From positions 2,906,892-2,970,891 of the forward strand of contig CBDBEV010000001.1 in NCBI GenBank assembly GCA_965204535.1: a DNA stretch of 64,000 nucleotides, given 5' to 3'. This DNA is from a bacterium (GTDB lineage: Bacteria; UBA8248). Every line of letters starts with the position of its first letter. Positions within the stretch are counted from its first letter, which is position 1. This document shows positions 21,007 through 31,725 of the stretch, one piece after another. Under the pieces are notes generated by a model. It was not told the DNA's origin. It saw only the letters and a program-made list of their open reading frames with translations, and searched no databases. Both the position numbers and the translations under genes were made by a program.

Positions 21007-21351
21007 TATTGATCTCCTCCGCTTTCCGGTGGGCATTGAAAACGAGGCCATCAATCCATGAATCAAAACCAGACGGGAAATTTTGACGTAAAGTGTCGCT
21101 TGGACGTGGGGCGTATGTCAACTATTCGAAATTCATCCCCTGAGCCACATTGAATTTGAAAACCGTGCCGGGAGATTCCATGAGAAAATTTCACGCTCGG
21201 CAAATGCGACCACATCAATCGGGTTGAATGCCTCTGCAATTCTTTGCCGAGGCGTCTTCAGAACGTCTTGTTTGACTTCGCTTCCTATCAGACACCATAT
21301 TAGGGACACTTCGTGAAACGATAATCTCACATACGAGTGGGAGGCCTACCC

Positions 21352-22542
21352 GTGAATCCAGTCGCTCAAGCGGAAACCACAACAGACATCATCGACGCCT
21401 CAACCGGCAAAAAGATGAACATCATCGATTGCGATATTCATCCCCGAATGCCGAAAGGAGTGCAATCTCTCGTGCCCTATCTCCCCGAGAAGTGGCAGGC
21501 GCGGATCGGGATGAAGGGCGCCCTGGTGAAAGACGAAGCGAACCCCCGGAATACGTTCGCCGTTCCCAGGCGCGCGTTCTTCCATCCTCACCCCGGGGGG
21601 TCCGGGCGAGTGGATGCCAGGCCGCCCGAAGGCGGCCCCATCGGTTCGGACATCGGCTTCCTGGCGAAACAGCTGCTCGACGAACACGACATCAACTACG
21701 CCATCATCGTCGGTCAGGACGCCACGGGCGTCTCGGGAATCCCGGATGCGGACTTGAGCGCCGCCTACGCCTCCGCCTACAACGATTTCGTTCTCACCGA
21801 GTGGGCTTCCACCGACGAACGCTTCAAGGCGTGCATCTGGGTGAGCCCGCGCGATCCGAATCTCGCGGCGGAGGAAATCGATCGACTGGCCGGTCATCCC
21901 GATATCGTCTCGGTCCAGGTTTGCCCGATGGACATCCCCCTGGGCCAGCGGTACATGTGGCCGATATACGAAGCGGCCTCCCGCCACCACCTGCCCGTCG
22001 CGATTCACGGCGGCTCTGAAACCGCCGGCGTCAATCCACCGATGCTGGCCGTGGGAATGCCTTCTTATTTCATCGAGTTACACAGCGGCTTGCCCCAGGT
22101 GGGGTGGATGCACGTGACGAGCATGGTATGCGAGGGGGTGTTCGCACGCTTCCCGAACCTGAAATTCATCGTCCAGGAGATGGGTTACGCCTGGGTCGCA
22201 GGCCTCATGTGGCGCCTGGACAAGGAGTGGAGATCCCTGCGGCTCGAGGTTCCCTGGGTCAAGGAGCCGCCCAGCGAAGTCATTCGCAAGCACGTGCGGT
22301 TTACGAGCCAGCCCGTCGAGGAGCCGCCCAGGCCCGAATTCAACGAGCAGATGCTGAAAATGATCTATGCGGAAGACACGCTTCAGTTTTCTTCCGACTA
22401 TCCGCATTGGGACTTCGACGACCCGCGCTATGTTTTCCCCAACATCGACCCGCAGCTGCACAAGAGCATCTTTTATGGAAATGCGCTCGGCACTTACCCG
22501 AAGATCCATAAACTCGTGGCGGGAGAAAACGGGGAAACCTGA
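21352..22542 (+). CDS. Amidohydrolase_2-family metalloenzyme (possible dinuclear oxygenase)
   Basis: IIDCDIH, AYND, PIYEAA...LPVAIH, EGVF.RFP.LK, SSDYPHWD; ggagg RBS before GTG at 21352. Confidence 0.88.
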   Translation: MNPVAQAETTTDIIDASTGKKMNIIDCDIHPRMPKGVQSLVPYLPEKWQARIGMKGALVKDEANPRNTFAVPRRAFFHPHPGGSGRVDARPPEGGPIGSDIGFLAKQLLDEHDINYAIIVGQDATGVSGIPDADLSAAYASAYNDFVLTEWASTDERFKACIWVSPRDPNLAAEEIDRLAGHPDIVSVQVCPMDIPLGQRYMWPIYEAASRHHLPVAIHGGSETAGVNPPMLAVGMPSYFIELHSGLPQVGWMHVTSMVCEGVFARFPNLKFIVQEMGYAWVAGLMWRLDKEWRSLRLEVPWVKEPPSEVIRKHVRFTSQPVEEPPRPEFNEQMLKMIYAEDTLQFSSDYPHWDFDDPRYVFPNIDPQLHKSIFYGNALGTYPKIHKLVAGENGET

Positions 22543-22952
22543 TGGGAAAGCATATCGTATCCAGGGTGTCGGATTTCCCTCCCGGCGAAAGAAAAATCGT
22601 CGAATTCGAAAACCGCTCCATCGGAGTATTCAACGTCAAGGGCGAGTATTTCGCCTTGAGAAACGTATGCCCCCACCAGGGAGCGCCATTGTGCATCGGG
22701 CCCGTGCGCGGAACCATGGATGCGGAAACGCCTCACCGGATTCAGTATGTGAAAGACGGCGAGATTATCGTCTGCCCCTGGCATTGCTGGGAGTTCGACA
22801 TCCTCACGGGGCGATCCGTATTCAACCCGCACCGCACCCGCGTGAGGGCGTACAAGGTGACGGTCGAGCGGCCGGAGAGTGCAGAGGAAGACCCTTCCGT
22901 GGAAACATTCCGGGTAACGGTGGAGGACGATCTTGTCGTCCTGCACGTGTGA
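22542..22952 (+). CDS. Rieske [2Fe-2S] ferredoxin
   Basis: CPHQG ... CPWH.WEFD; translationally coupled to the amidohydrolase. Confidence 0.92.
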   Translation: MGKHIVSRVSDFPPGERKIVEFENRSIGVFNVKGEYFALRNVCPHQGAPLCIGPVRGTMDAETPHRIQYVKDGEIIVCPWHCWEFDILTGRSVFNPHRTRVRAYKVTVERPESAEEDPSVETFRVTVEDDLVVLHV

Positions 22953-23173
22953 CGCGAACCATCCCGGCAAAATCCCGCATCGACAAGTCGAGCCGTTTTC
23001 ATAGGCGGCGAGATTCTCTTCGGGAATTATATGCTTGAGTTGACAGTAGCAGGATTACGGGTTCTGGATTCGAAAGGGAACAATGAAATCACTCCCCTTT
23101 GAGAGTCATTCCCGACCAATAGAGAGGAATTTCCGATCTGGAATAGGGGCAGGTCGCGGCCTGACCCTGCAGG

Positions 23174-23992
23174 CTATTTTTTCCCGGCGGCGGCCGCTCT
23201 GGGCGCGGCCAGCGCCAGGGCGGATGGCGCCCTGCGGAGGCTCAGCATGTAGACCGTCAGCGCTTCGAGATCCTCAGGCTTCAAATGGCCGTAGGCGGGC
23301 ATGGCGGAGCCGGGCGAAACCTTCTGCGGGAACTTGAAATGTTCGATGTGCCACTTCGGGTCCTTCCGGCGCTCGCCCGCAAAGGTCAGGTCGGGCCCGA
23401 CGACCCCGCCGGCGCCCCTGATCTTGTGGCAGGCGAGACAGCCGTTCATCAGATAAAGCAGTTTTCCCCTCTGGATGAGGGGGGCGTCTTTGAGAGCCCC
23501 CGCGTGGCAGGGGCCGCAACTCGCCTGAATGAACCCTCCCCGCAGCAGCGGCTCCTCCCAGAACGCGACTTCGCCGTGGGCGTCCTGGACGCTCGTCGCC
23601 CGGCCCTGGCCCTGGTGGCACACGGTGCAGCCGAACCGCTCGAAGGGATGCGGCGGGATGGTGGGGTGTCTGGCGAAAGGCTGCTCGGCATCCTTGAACG
23701 CCGGGTGCTCGACGCCGCGGTGGCACATGACGCACCTGTCCACGCGCTCGCCGCCGGCCACGATGATTTGCTCGAACTGGTCCCCGCTCGCCAGAGCGGC
23801 CTTGCGCTCCTCTTCGGTTCCGGCTCTTTCGACGAGCATTTCACGGAACGTCCGCTGGTAGCCCCGCCATTCGCGGTCGTAATCCTTCCAGACGGACAAG
23901 AGAAAAAACAAGGCCGCGCAGACGCTCAGGGCGGCGAAGGCGACCACCCACCCGAACGGCACATGGGAATCGTTCTGATTTGAATTGGCCAT
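23174..23992 (-). CDS. Membrane-anchored tetraheme cytochrome c
   Basis: N-terminal TM helix; CVMCH, CTVCH, CGPCH, CLACH; distal Met in SAMP. Confidence 0.9.
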   Translation of the reverse strand: MANSNQNDSHVPFGWVVAFAALSVCAALFFLLSVWKDYDREWRGYQRTFREMLVERAGTEEERKAALASGDQFEQIIVAGGERVDRCVMCHRGVEHPAFKDAEQPFARHPTIPPHPFERFGCTVCHQGQGRATSVQDAHGEVAFWEEPLLRGGFIQASCGPCHAGALKDAPLIQRGKLLYLMNGCLACHKIRGAGGVVGPDLTFAGERRKDPKWHIEHFKFPQKVSPGSAMPAYGHLKPEDLEALTVYMLSLRRAPSALALAAPRAAAAGKK

Positions 23993-24004
23993 ACGTTATC
24001 CGCC

Positions 24005-25501
24005 TCAGTGCAGGCCCGTCGCCTGCCACGGCCATATCCAGGCCCAGTTGGCGCCGCGGAAATAAAGCCCGATGAGCGTATAAATCAGGTAAGACGTCAG
24101 AAAATATGAATACAGGGCCAACGCCCCCATCCGGCTCGACCCCGTGCGCCGCCAGATGTAGAGCGACCCGGCGGCGAAGAGGACGATCAGTATGGTCCCC
24201 GGATTCAGGAGGTCGACCCAGATCTGCGAGGCGCCCGGGACCAGTATCCGCACGGCGTAGTGCTCGTTCAGCCAGGTCAGGACGAGGACGACCGGGATGA
24301 CCGCCGCGACCGACCAGAGCGTGATCCGGCGGCCCTGGCCCGAGGTGAACCAGGTTCCCTGGCCCTCGGGGTTACGATCGATGTAGGGAATGCTCATGAG
24401 GCCGATAATCGCGGCGGCGGGAACGATGACGCCTCCCGCCAGGGCGGAATAGCTCACGATTTCCTGGAGCCCGAGAAAATACCAGGGCGCCTTGGCCGGG
24501 TTGGGCGGATGGTCCGGGTTGGCCAGCTCCTCCAGAGGCGCATCGAAGAAGTAGGCGACGGCGGAGAGGACGGCCACGACGCCCACGAAGACGACCAGCA
24601 TCCGGAAGACCGTATGCGGCCAGCTCATGACCTCTTCTTCGGGGGCCTGCGCCTCCACCATGGGCGTCTTGCCCTCGGCCAGCTCCACGAGCATGTACGT
24701 CTTGTGCGGCGAAAAAGCCGCCGCCTCGCCCCGGGCGGCCACAGAGGGCGGCGCGGGCGGCCGGGAGAGGCCCCCGTCCTTGCGTATCCGCCAGAAATGG
24801 ACGCCCATGAGTATCATCATGATTCCCGGCAGGACGATGACGTGCATGACGTAGAACCGGATCAGCGCGTTCTGCCCCACCGTATCGCCTCCGAGCATCA
24901 GCGTGCGGATGTGCTCTCCTACCAGCGGCGGGTAGCTGGCGATGCTCGACCCGACGGTGATGGCCCAATAGGCGAGTTGATCCCAGGGGAGGAGGTAGCC
25001 CGTGAAGCTCATCATCAGGGTCGCCCCCCAGAGGAGCACCCCGATGACCCAGTTGAACTCACGCGGCGCTTTGTAACTCGCCGTATAGAACACGCGGCAC
25101 ATGTGCAAAAAGACGACGGCGACCATCGCGTGCGCAGCCCAGCGGTGGAGGTTCCGCAGGACGACGCCGTAGGAGACGACGAATTGCAGGTCCTTCATGT
25201 CGCTGTAGGCGCGCTCGGTCGAGGGGACGTAGAAGAACATGAGCAAGGAGCCGGTGCCCAGAAGAATGATGAACAAGAACAGGGAGATGACCCCGAGTCC
25301 CCAGGTGTAGGTGGGTTTTAAGCTGTGAACGTGCGTTCGCGCGGGAAGGACGTGCAGGAAGAAATTCGAGAACATGACGGCCGCGCGATCCAGATCGTTG
25401 TCCGGATAGCCGCGGCGGAAGATCGAGCGGACGACGCGGTTGTCCCTAAGCCACGATACGGCTTTTCCGCGCCCTGATTTCTGCGGGGATTCGGTGACCA
25501 T
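24005..25501 (-). CDS. Cytochrome b of a Rieske/cytb complex (N- and C-terminal domains fused, extra C-terminal helices)
   Basis: [23 protein letters not shown]...H, Qo-like PAKAPWYF. Confidence 0.92.
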   Translation of the reverse strand: MVTESPQKSGRGKAVSWLRDNRVVRSIFRRGYPDNDLDRAAVMFSNFFLHVLPARTHVHSLKPTYTWGLGVISLFLFIILLGTGSLLMFFYVPSTERAYSDMKDLQFVVSYGVVLRNLHRWAAHAMVAVVFLHMCRVFYTASYKAPREFNWVIGVLLWGATLMMSFTGYLLPWDQLAYWAITVGSSIASYPPLVGEHIRTLMLGGDTVGQNALIRFYVMHVIVLPGIMMILMGVHFWRIRKDGGLSRPPAPPSVAARGEAAAFSPHKTYMLVELAEGKTPMVEAQAPEEEVMSWPHTVFRMLVVFVGVVAVLSAVAYFFDAPLEELANPDHPPNPAKAPWYFLGLQEIVSYSALAGGVIVPAAAIIGLMSIPYIDRNPEGQGTWFTSGQGRRITLWSVAAVIPVVLVLTWLNEHYAVRILVPGASQIWVDLLNPGTILIVLFAAGSLYIWRRTGSSRMGALALYSYFLTSYLIYTLIGLYFRGANWAWIWPWQATGLH

Positions 25502-25510
25502 TGGGGCGGC

Positions 25511-26002
25511 TCAGATCTTGAAATGTTCGGAGGGGGCGACGACTTTGCGCGTATCGACCACGACGCGGCCATCCGGCGATTTCTTGACGAGGAAAAAGTC
25601 GAGCCCCCGGGGCGCAGGTCCCCCGAGCACCTGTCCCCGCCCGTCGAACGTGCTGCCGTGGCAGGGGCACCGGGCCCTCAATATATCGGGAGAGGCGCCG
25701 GGCGCGCCGACGAAGGGGCTGATCACGCAACGGAGATGCGGACAGACGGCGGTGCAGGCCCGGAACCCGTCCTTCTCGCGAAACAGAACGATTTTCTTCT
25801 CTGCGAAAAACGTGATGGACCCCACGGGGTACTTCTCCAGGGAGTCGAGCTTCAGAACCGACTCGCCCTCATAAACGACGTTGGGGAACAGGAAGCGGAC
25901 GTTGGCGAGAACCGGACCCAGCAGGGAGATCAGGAAGGAAACCCAGCCGAGACCCAAAAGCATCCGTCGCCGGGGGGTCTGTTCATCCAGGCTCGCAGTC
26001 AT
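25511..26002 (-). CDS. Rieske Fe-S subunit of a Rieske/cytb complex
   Basis: RRR plus TM anchor; CPHLRC ... CPCHGS.FD; GPAPRGL. Confidence 0.92.
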   Translation of the reverse strand: MTASLDEQTPRRRMLLGLGWVSFLISLLGPVLANVRFLFPNVVYEGESVLKLDSLEKYPVGSITFFAEKKIVLFREKDGFRACTAVCPHLRCVISPFVGAPGASPDILRARCPCHGSTFDGRGQVLGGPAPRGLDFFLVKKSPDGRVVVDTRKVVAPSEHFKI

Positions 26003-26003
26003 G

Positions 26004-28049
26004 TCATCCAGTCTCCACCCACTCTTCCTGGAAAGAAAAATTCTCGATGGTGACGGCGCCCGTGGGACAGCGCTGGGCGCAGAGCGAACAACGGATGCAC
26101 TTGTCCGGGTCCATGATCATCGCCGCGCCTCTCTCTCCTGCGCCCCCGGCGGACGTGCCAAAGCGGGCCTGGACCAGAGCCGCCAGGTCCTCTCCACCCT
26201 GAAGGGCTTCGAGGGGAACCATTCGAAGACAGCGTGAGGGGCAGACGTCCACGCAGCCGCCGCAGAGGATGCACCTGGCGCCGTCGAAGATCGGGTTAGC
26301 ACTACAGCGCAGACACCGGAGCCCCTGTTCGACCGCCTCCCCGGGCGAATAACCAAGCTCCACCTCGGCGACGCCGATTCTGCGCTCGATGGGCAGCGCG
26401 TCGGGGTTTCGGCGAGACACTTTCTGGTAGCCGGGATTGACGATGGGAAGGGAAAACCCGTCTCCCGGCTCCTGGAGCAGCGCTTGTTGCAAGGGTTCGA
26501 CAGAGGCCCACTGAAGATGCGTCTGGACGCCTGCCTGACCGCCGGACAGATAGGTGTGAATGGAGCGGGCGGCGCGGTGGCCGTTTTCCACGCCCTCGAT
26601 GAAGATACGGGGACCCATGGCGACGTCCCCGCCCGCGTACACGCCTGGAGCGGTCGTGGCCAGGGTTTCGGGATCAACGCGGATCGTCCCGCGCGGCGTC
26701 GTCTCGACGCCGTCCTCATCCTTGATCCAGGAGAGATCGGAGGCCTGGCCGACGGCGACGATCACCGAATCGCACGGAATCACGCGCCTGGTGTCCGGGT
26801 CGAATTCCGGGCTGAAGCGGCCCTCCTCGTCGAAGACGCGGGTGCACGTCTGGACTTCCAGCCCGACCACGCGGCCTTCTTTCTCCACGATGCGGACGGG
26901 CCCCACCCGGGGCTCGAGCTCGATCCCCTCATCGAGGGCTTCTTCGATCTCGAAATCCGCCGCCGGCATCTCGTCGCGCGATTCGAGGCAGATGACGTGG
27001 ACGTTCCTCGCTCCCACGCGCATCGCCTCCCGGGCCACGTCCATCATCTCGCGCATGAGGACGGCGTCTTCCGTTTGATCGGCCGCGCCCGCGGGGGCAT
27101 CCGCCCCGCCGGCGACCCGGGCGGCGACCCGGGCGGCGTCCATGGCCACGTTTCCCCCGCCGATCACGACGACGCGCTCGCCCAAATCGACGCGGAAGTT
27201 CAGATTCACGTTCAGCAGAAACTCGACGGCCCGGAAAACGCCGTCCGCGTCCTGTCCTTCCATGGGGAGAGAGCGACTCACATGAGCGCCGATGGCGACG
27301 AACACCGCCTCGAAGCCTTCCTCGCGAAGGGAGGAGAGGTTGAAGTCCCGCCCGATGGCCTGGTTCAGCCGAAGCTCCACGCCCAGGCTGAGGATGGCCT
27401 GGATTTCGGCCTGAACGAGGTCGCGCGGGAGCCTGTATTCGGGAACCCCGAGCATCAGCATGCCGCCGGGAACGCCCTGTTTTTCGAAAACGCTCACGTC
27501 ATAGCCGAGCAGGGCGAGATCGTGGGCGCAGGTCAGCCCCGCCACGCCCGATCCGACGACGGCCACCTTTTTTCCTGCCGTCTTTTCCTGTTCGGGCTTT
27601 CGGCGGGCCGCCTCCAGCACCGAAAAATCGTTGATGGTGCGCGTGGAGGGCTGAAAACGGAGGTCGCGCATACTCCTGAGGCTCCGGTGCGAGAAGGAGG
27701 ATTCTCCCTTGCCGGACGACAAATCGGCCTCGACCCCGTAGCGTTCCGTCACGAATCGCTTGAGCGCCCGGATGGCCACCGGCGCATCGATGTTGCCGCG
27801 GCGGCACGCCGCTTCGCACGGCGCCGCGCAGACACGCCCGCAAACCGACGCGAAGGGGTTGGGCCCCCGGGCGATGATGTAGGCGCGCTCGAAGTCTTGC
27901 TCCGAGATGGCGGTCACGTAACCCCGCGCGTCCGTATGGACGGGACACGCGTCCTGGCAGCAAATCGTTTTCCGCCAGTGGTCGTGGCCGGGCAACTCGA
28001 CCCGAAAGGAGCGCTCGGGAAGGGGAGCGTCCCGATTCCCTGAACCCAT
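26004..28049 (-). CDS. GltD/NfnB-like FAD/NAD(P) oxidoreductase with extra C-terminal 2x[4Fe-4S] domain
   Basis: CQDACP, CGRVCAAPCEAAC, VVGSGVAG, GVPEYRLP, VIGGGNVAMD, GGD, RCLRC, CILCGGCVDVCP, CIRCSLCAQRCP. Confidence 0.92.
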   Translation of the reverse strand: MGSGNRDAPLPERSFRVELPGHDHWRKTICCQDACPVHTDARGYVTAISEQDFERAYIIARGPNPFASVCGRVCAAPCEAACRRGNIDAPVAIRALKRFVTERYGVEADLSSGKGESSFSHRSLRSMRDLRFQPSTRTINDFSVLEAARRKPEQEKTAGKKVAVVGSGVAGLTCAHDLALLGYDVSVFEKQGVPGGMLMLGVPEYRLPRDLVQAEIQAILSLGVELRLNQAIGRDFNLSSLREEGFEAVFVAIGAHVSRSLPMEGQDADGVFRAVEFLLNVNLNFRVDLGERVVVIGGGNVAMDAARVAARVAGGADAPAGAADQTEDAVLMREMMDVAREAMRVGARNVHVICLESRDEMPAADFEIEEALDEGIELEPRVGPVRIVEKEGRVVGLEVQTCTRVFDEEGRFSPEFDPDTRRVIPCDSVIVAVGQASDLSWIKDEDGVETTPRGTIRVDPETLATTAPGVYAGGDVAMGPRIFIEGVENGHRAARSIHTYLSGGQAGVQTHLQWASVEPLQQALLQEPGDGFSLPIVNPGYQKVSRRNPDALPIERRIGVAEVELGYSPGEAVEQGLRCLRCSANPIFDGARCILCGGCVDVCPSRCLRMVPLEALQGGEDLAALVQARFGTSAGGAGERGAAMIMDPDKCIRCSLCAQRCPTGAVTIENFSFQEEWVETG

Positions 28050-28059
28050 GCCCGCGATC

Positions 28060-28446
28060 CTATTTCGCCAGGGAGCGCATGAACGCGACCAGGTTCTGGA
28101 GGTCCGCGTCCGAAAGAACCCCGCCCCAGGGGGGCATCAACGGCGATTTCCCGACCGCGACGCCGCCAAGCTTGGTGATCTTGGCGATATATTCGTCCGA
28201 TATGGTCTTCATGTATTTGGCGTCGGTGTGATTCCTCGGCTTCGGGTTGAGCGCCTTGGCCGCGGGGCCGTCGCCCTTGCCCGATGCGCCGTGGCAGGAG
28301 GCGCAAAGCTGCTGGTATTTGACGTTGCCGGCCGCAACGTCGCCTTTCTGCTGAGCGGCCCCGTCATCCGAAGACCAGAAAAAGAGCGCAACTGCAAGCG
28401 CCAGGCCGGCGCAGATGAGAAACCTTCTCGATCGAGACATTCGCAT
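28060..28446 (-). CDS. Monoheme periplasmic cytochrome c
   Basis: Signal peptide, CASCHG.SGKGDGP, MPPWG. Confidence 0.92.
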   Translation of the reverse strand: MRMSRSRRFLICAGLALAVALFFWSSDDGAAQQKGDVAAGNVKYQQLCASCHGASGKGDGPAAKALNPKPRNHTDAKYMKTISDEYIAKITKLGGVAVGKSPLMPPWGGVLSDADLQNLVAFMRSLAK

Positions 28447-28493
28447 TCAACCTCCCTCGCGGTTTTACGGGCTTGTGTAAACCTCCATCTCCA

Positions 28494-31160
28494 TCAAAGC
28501 GTCCGGGGGACAAAGCTTAAGCTCGTCAGCGAATGCTTGTGCGGAGATTCTCCTATCTTCTTCAACTTCCCCTTGCCCAGCTTGTAGCGGTAGCGGTTGG
28601 TCAGGGGGTCCGGCACCCGGTGGACCACCGAATTGGCCGGGTTCTCGGGAAAGCCGAAATAGGCGAAGGTGACGCCCTCGCGAACCGCGTCCGTGACCAT
28701 GGCCACCGCGGTGAAGCTCCCCTTGCTCTTCTTGATATTCCCGGCCTTCATGAGCTCGGTGAACGTCTGCTCCTTGCCGTCGACGCCGATGTATCCGCCC
28801 GTCTGCACGAGGAGGTCGTCGTTCTCGATGGCCACGAGGTCTCCTGATTCGATGCCCCGGGCGCCGGCGTCTTTGGGGTGAATTTCCAGGAACTGCTGCG
28901 GCCAGCGCTGCATGATGTAGGGCCGCCGCTTGTCGTCGTAGCCGGATTGCCAGAGCTCGTTGATCCGCCCGTTCGTCACCCACAGTTCGTCCCCCTGCGG
29001 GGTGACCCGGTCGTAGAAGTCCTTGAAATCCTCCCAGTAGCTTTTCAGCAAGACCGCCTTGCCGCTCTGGGTCCCGAAGGAGGTGAGCCACTTCCGGTGC
29101 ATGGTGGGCCCCTCGGGGGTTCCGAGTTCCAGGGTCTCGTCGTGGAGGCGCTTCGTCCCGACGAGTTCGCCCTTGACCATGCGGATGGGGGTTTGGATGC
29201 CGTCGGTCCCGTATTCGCGGAGCAATTCGTGGCCCCGTTTCCCCTCGCGCTTGGCCTTCACCACGAGCGGGTGGTAATTGAGCACCCCCTTGCGTCCGAA
29301 GCGGGCCGCTTCCTCGAAGATCTGGTTGCTGTCCTTCCAGTCGAAGCCCTTGAAGCCCATCTTCCTCGCGAAGGCCGCGATGATCCACCAGTCGGGCCGG
29401 GCCTCACCGGGGGGGTCGGCGAACTTGCTGTAGAGCCTGAGGCGGCGCTCGCCGTTGCACCGGGTGAAGTCCTCCTCGCCCCAGGTGGCGGCCGGGAGCA
29501 CCAGGTCCGCATACTCGGTTCCGATCGGGGAAACGGGATAGATGTCCTGGTGGGCGACGACCATGCCGCCGGAATCCACTCGCTGCTTGAGCGCGTCCAC
29601 CGCCGTATCGACGTCGAAGCTCTCGATCTGGTGCGGGTTGCGGCGCGTCAACCGCTGGAAGACGTCCATCAACTCCTGAGACGCCGCCATGGCCTGGCAC
29701 CAGGTGGTTCCGATGACCCATGCGAAGCGCACGTGGCCGTCCACGACCCAGCGGTCGAGGTCGATCTCCTTCTTGCGGCGCCCCGGCGCCTTCTCCGGCG
29801 ACAGGCTCCTCGGATAACCGGCCCCTCCCATCCAGCCCCGCTGGTGTCCACCGCCGCGGGAGATCACCCGGCCCGGCCGCGACCCGGCGCCGCAGACCAG
29901 CCCCAGCGCCGCAAAGGAAGCCGTGTTCCCGAAACTGTTGCACCAGTAATTGCCCTTCTCGAGCATGAACGAGGTCTTCTTGCGGGTTCCGTCGGGCTTG
30001 GGCTTGGCGAGGATTTCAGCCGTCTGGCGTATGGACGCCGCGGACACGCCCGTTATCTTCTCGGCGCGCTCCAGTTCGGCGTAGGGATAGCTCATGATCC
30101 ACTTCTTGTAGCCCTCGAAGTCCGTCCCGTACTTGCCCCAGGTCGTGACCCACTGCCAGGGCGTGTTGCGGGTGCCGCGCCCCATGCCGGAGCCGATCTC
30201 CCACTTGTTCGAGATTTTTCGCGCGATCCACTCCTTGTCCTCCCAGCCGTTCTCGAGGATCAGGCGGATGATGGCCAGGTGGAGCACCGTGTCCGTCCCC
30301 GGAATGACGGGGAGAAAGAGACCGCCGCGCTTCTCGCCGTAGGCCACGCCCGAAGTCTTGCGCGGCATGGCGAAGACGAGTTTCTTGCTCGGCGTTTTCC
30401 CGCCCATGATCCACGAGGTGAACAGCACCGACTTGGTCTCCCAGGGGTCGACGCCCGAGAAGAAGATGACCTCGGCCTCTCCCCAGTCGTCATAGGAGGC
30501 GCTGAAGGGGTTGATGCCGGAAAAATCGATCCCGGGCGTGTCCTTGCCGGGGCCCGGCTTGTCATGCGGGGCGTAGGCCGGCGTTCCGATGGCGCGGAAA
30601 GCGAGCTTGGAGATGGCGTAGGTGTTCTCGAAATACTGGTAGGAATACGTCTTCATCGCCCAGGCGTGCTCGCCGAACTTGTCCAGGACGTGCTTCGAGA
30701 TTCCCGCCATGACGCCCACCGCCGTATCCCACGAGACCTCCTGCAAGGTACCGCGGACCCGCATCATCGGCTGGCGCAGGCGGTCCTGCGAGGGTTCGTT
30801 GGGGTTGTAGAGCTTCTTGGCCAGGACGCCGCCCCGGATGGAGTGGTTCCCCCCGACGTTCACGACATTCGCATCCTTGTCCGGCATGACGACGACGTGG
30901 TGGGGACTGCCGTCCACCATGATGATGTTGTGCATGTTCGGGCTGACCCAGCCGCCGCTCATGATGGCGGTGGGGAAATCCACGCGCAGGGCGTTCTGGC
31001 TCGCCTTGGGTCCGCCCTCGCGACCGATCGGCCAGCGGTAGACCTTGTACCCGCAGCCCACGATGCAGTAGTCGCACGCCGTGGTGAACACCTCCGCGTT
31101 CGGCGGGGGGAGGGGGACACTGTCTTCCGCAAGATAGTAGTTCGTCACCTTTCCTGCCAT
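28494..31160 (-). CDS. idrA: AioA/IdrA-family molybdopterin oxidoreductase large subunit, most like iodate reductase IdrA
   Basis: PLPP..A....ACDYCIVGCGY [3Fe-4S] motif, VNVGGNHSIRGG, EKG.YW, SRGGGHQRG, NGERRLR, NGRINE. Adjacent to a Rieske subunit and two peroxidases. Confidence 0.8.
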   Translation of the reverse strand: MAGKVTNYYLAEDSVPLPPPNAEVFTTACDYCIVGCGYKVYRWPIGREGGPKASQNALRVDFPTAIMSGGWVSPNMHNIIMVDGSPHHVVVMPDKDANVVNVGGNHSIRGGVLAKKLYNPNEPSQDRLRQPMMRVRGTLQEVSWDTAVGVMAGISKHVLDKFGEHAWAMKTYSYQYFENTYAISKLAFRAIGTPAYAPHDKPGPGKDTPGIDFSGINPFSASYDDWGEAEVIFFSGVDPWETKSVLFTSWIMGGKTPSKKLVFAMPRKTSGVAYGEKRGGLFLPVIPGTDTVLHLAIIRLILENGWEDKEWIARKISNKWEIGSGMGRGTRNTPWQWVTTWGKYGTDFEGYKKWIMSYPYAELERAEKITGVSAASIRQTAEILAKPKPDGTRKKTSFMLEKGNYWCNSFGNTASFAALGLVCGAGSRPGRVISRGGGHQRGWMGGAGYPRSLSPEKAPGRRKKEIDLDRWVVDGHVRFAWVIGTTWCQAMAASQELMDVFQRLTRRNPHQIESFDVDTAVDALKQRVDSGGMVVAHQDIYPVSPIGTEYADLVLPAATWGEEDFTRCNGERRLRLYSKFADPPGEARPDWWIIAAFARKMGFKGFDWKDSNQIFEEAARFGRKGVLNYHPLVVKAKREGKRGHELLREYGTDGIQTPIRMVKGELVGTKRLHDETLELGTPEGPTMHRKWLTSFGTQSGKAVLLKSYWEDFKDFYDRVTPQGDELWVTNGRINELWQSGYDDKRRPYIMQRWPQQFLEIHPKDAGARGIESGDLVAIENDDLLVQTGGYIGVDGKEQTFTELMKAGNIKKSKGSFTAVAMVTDAVREGVTFAYFGFPENPANSVVHRVPDPLTNRYRYKLGKGKLKKIGESPHKHSLTSLSFVPRTL

Positions 31161-31172
31161 GATGCGTCCTCC

Positions 31173-31715
31173 TCAGCGCTGTACCGGCGCCAGATTCGAG
31201 TGATAACCATACAGCAGTCCCATCATCCCGATCGCGTAGATGTCGTCTCCTCGGGTTTCCAGAACCACCTGGGGGAGGCTTTCGGTGGCCTGCCCCGCCC
31301 CGACCATGCCGTGCTTCATCAGATCGAAGGTCGTCAGATGGAACGGGCACGGGCCGATGGCCTTGTGCTGCGCGTTATAAGTCCCCTGCAGGGGGCCGCC
31401 CATGTGGGTGCAGAGGGTGCTGAACGCCACCACGTCCCGCTTGGGGCCGACGCCGCCGCCGGCTTGAACGCCCAGTTTGACCAGCATGCACCCCGAGAAG
31501 ACGTCCTTCCACGGGTACTGGAAGAATTGCGGCGCATCGACCTTGAGGGCGCTGAGCGTCCCGATTTTCTGGCGGGGATACTCCGCCCTTTGCAGGGCCG
31601 CTCCGGCCAGGCCGGGGATGCCCTGGACCAGCACGATGCTCACGGCGGTTCCGCCGGCCAGGAGAAAGGCGCGCCGCGAGACGCAAGGCCGGGTTTCCTT
31701 GGCTTCCTGAGTCAT
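31173..31715 (-). CDS. idrB: AioB/IdrB-type Rieske small subunit with Tat signal
   Basis: SRRAFL twin-arginine leader, GGVGP..DVVAFS.LCTHMG, CPFH.T.FD, GQATESLPQV, GLLYG. Confidence 0.8.
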   Translation of the reverse strand: MTQEAKETRPCVSRRAFLLAGGTAVSIVLVQGIPGLAGAALQRAEYPRQKIGTLSALKVDAPQFFQYPWKDVFSGCMLVKLGVQAGGGVGPKRDVVAFSTLCTHMGGPLQGTYNAQHKAIGPCPFHLTTFDLMKHGMVGAGQATESLPQVVLETRGDDIYAIGMMGLLYGYHSNLAPVQR

Positions 31716-31725
31716 GGATTCCTCC

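Noticed and set aside
26004-28049. Glutamate synthase small subunit (gltD)
   Set aside because: No gltB; the extra ferredoxin domain and coupling to Rieske/cytb genes point to a respiratory-complex subunit.
28494-31715. Canonical arsenite oxidase aioBA
   Set aside because: Substrate-site motifs differ from AioA as I recall them, two peroxidase genes are attached, and there are no aioXSR or ars genes. Kept as Idr-like pending phylogeny.
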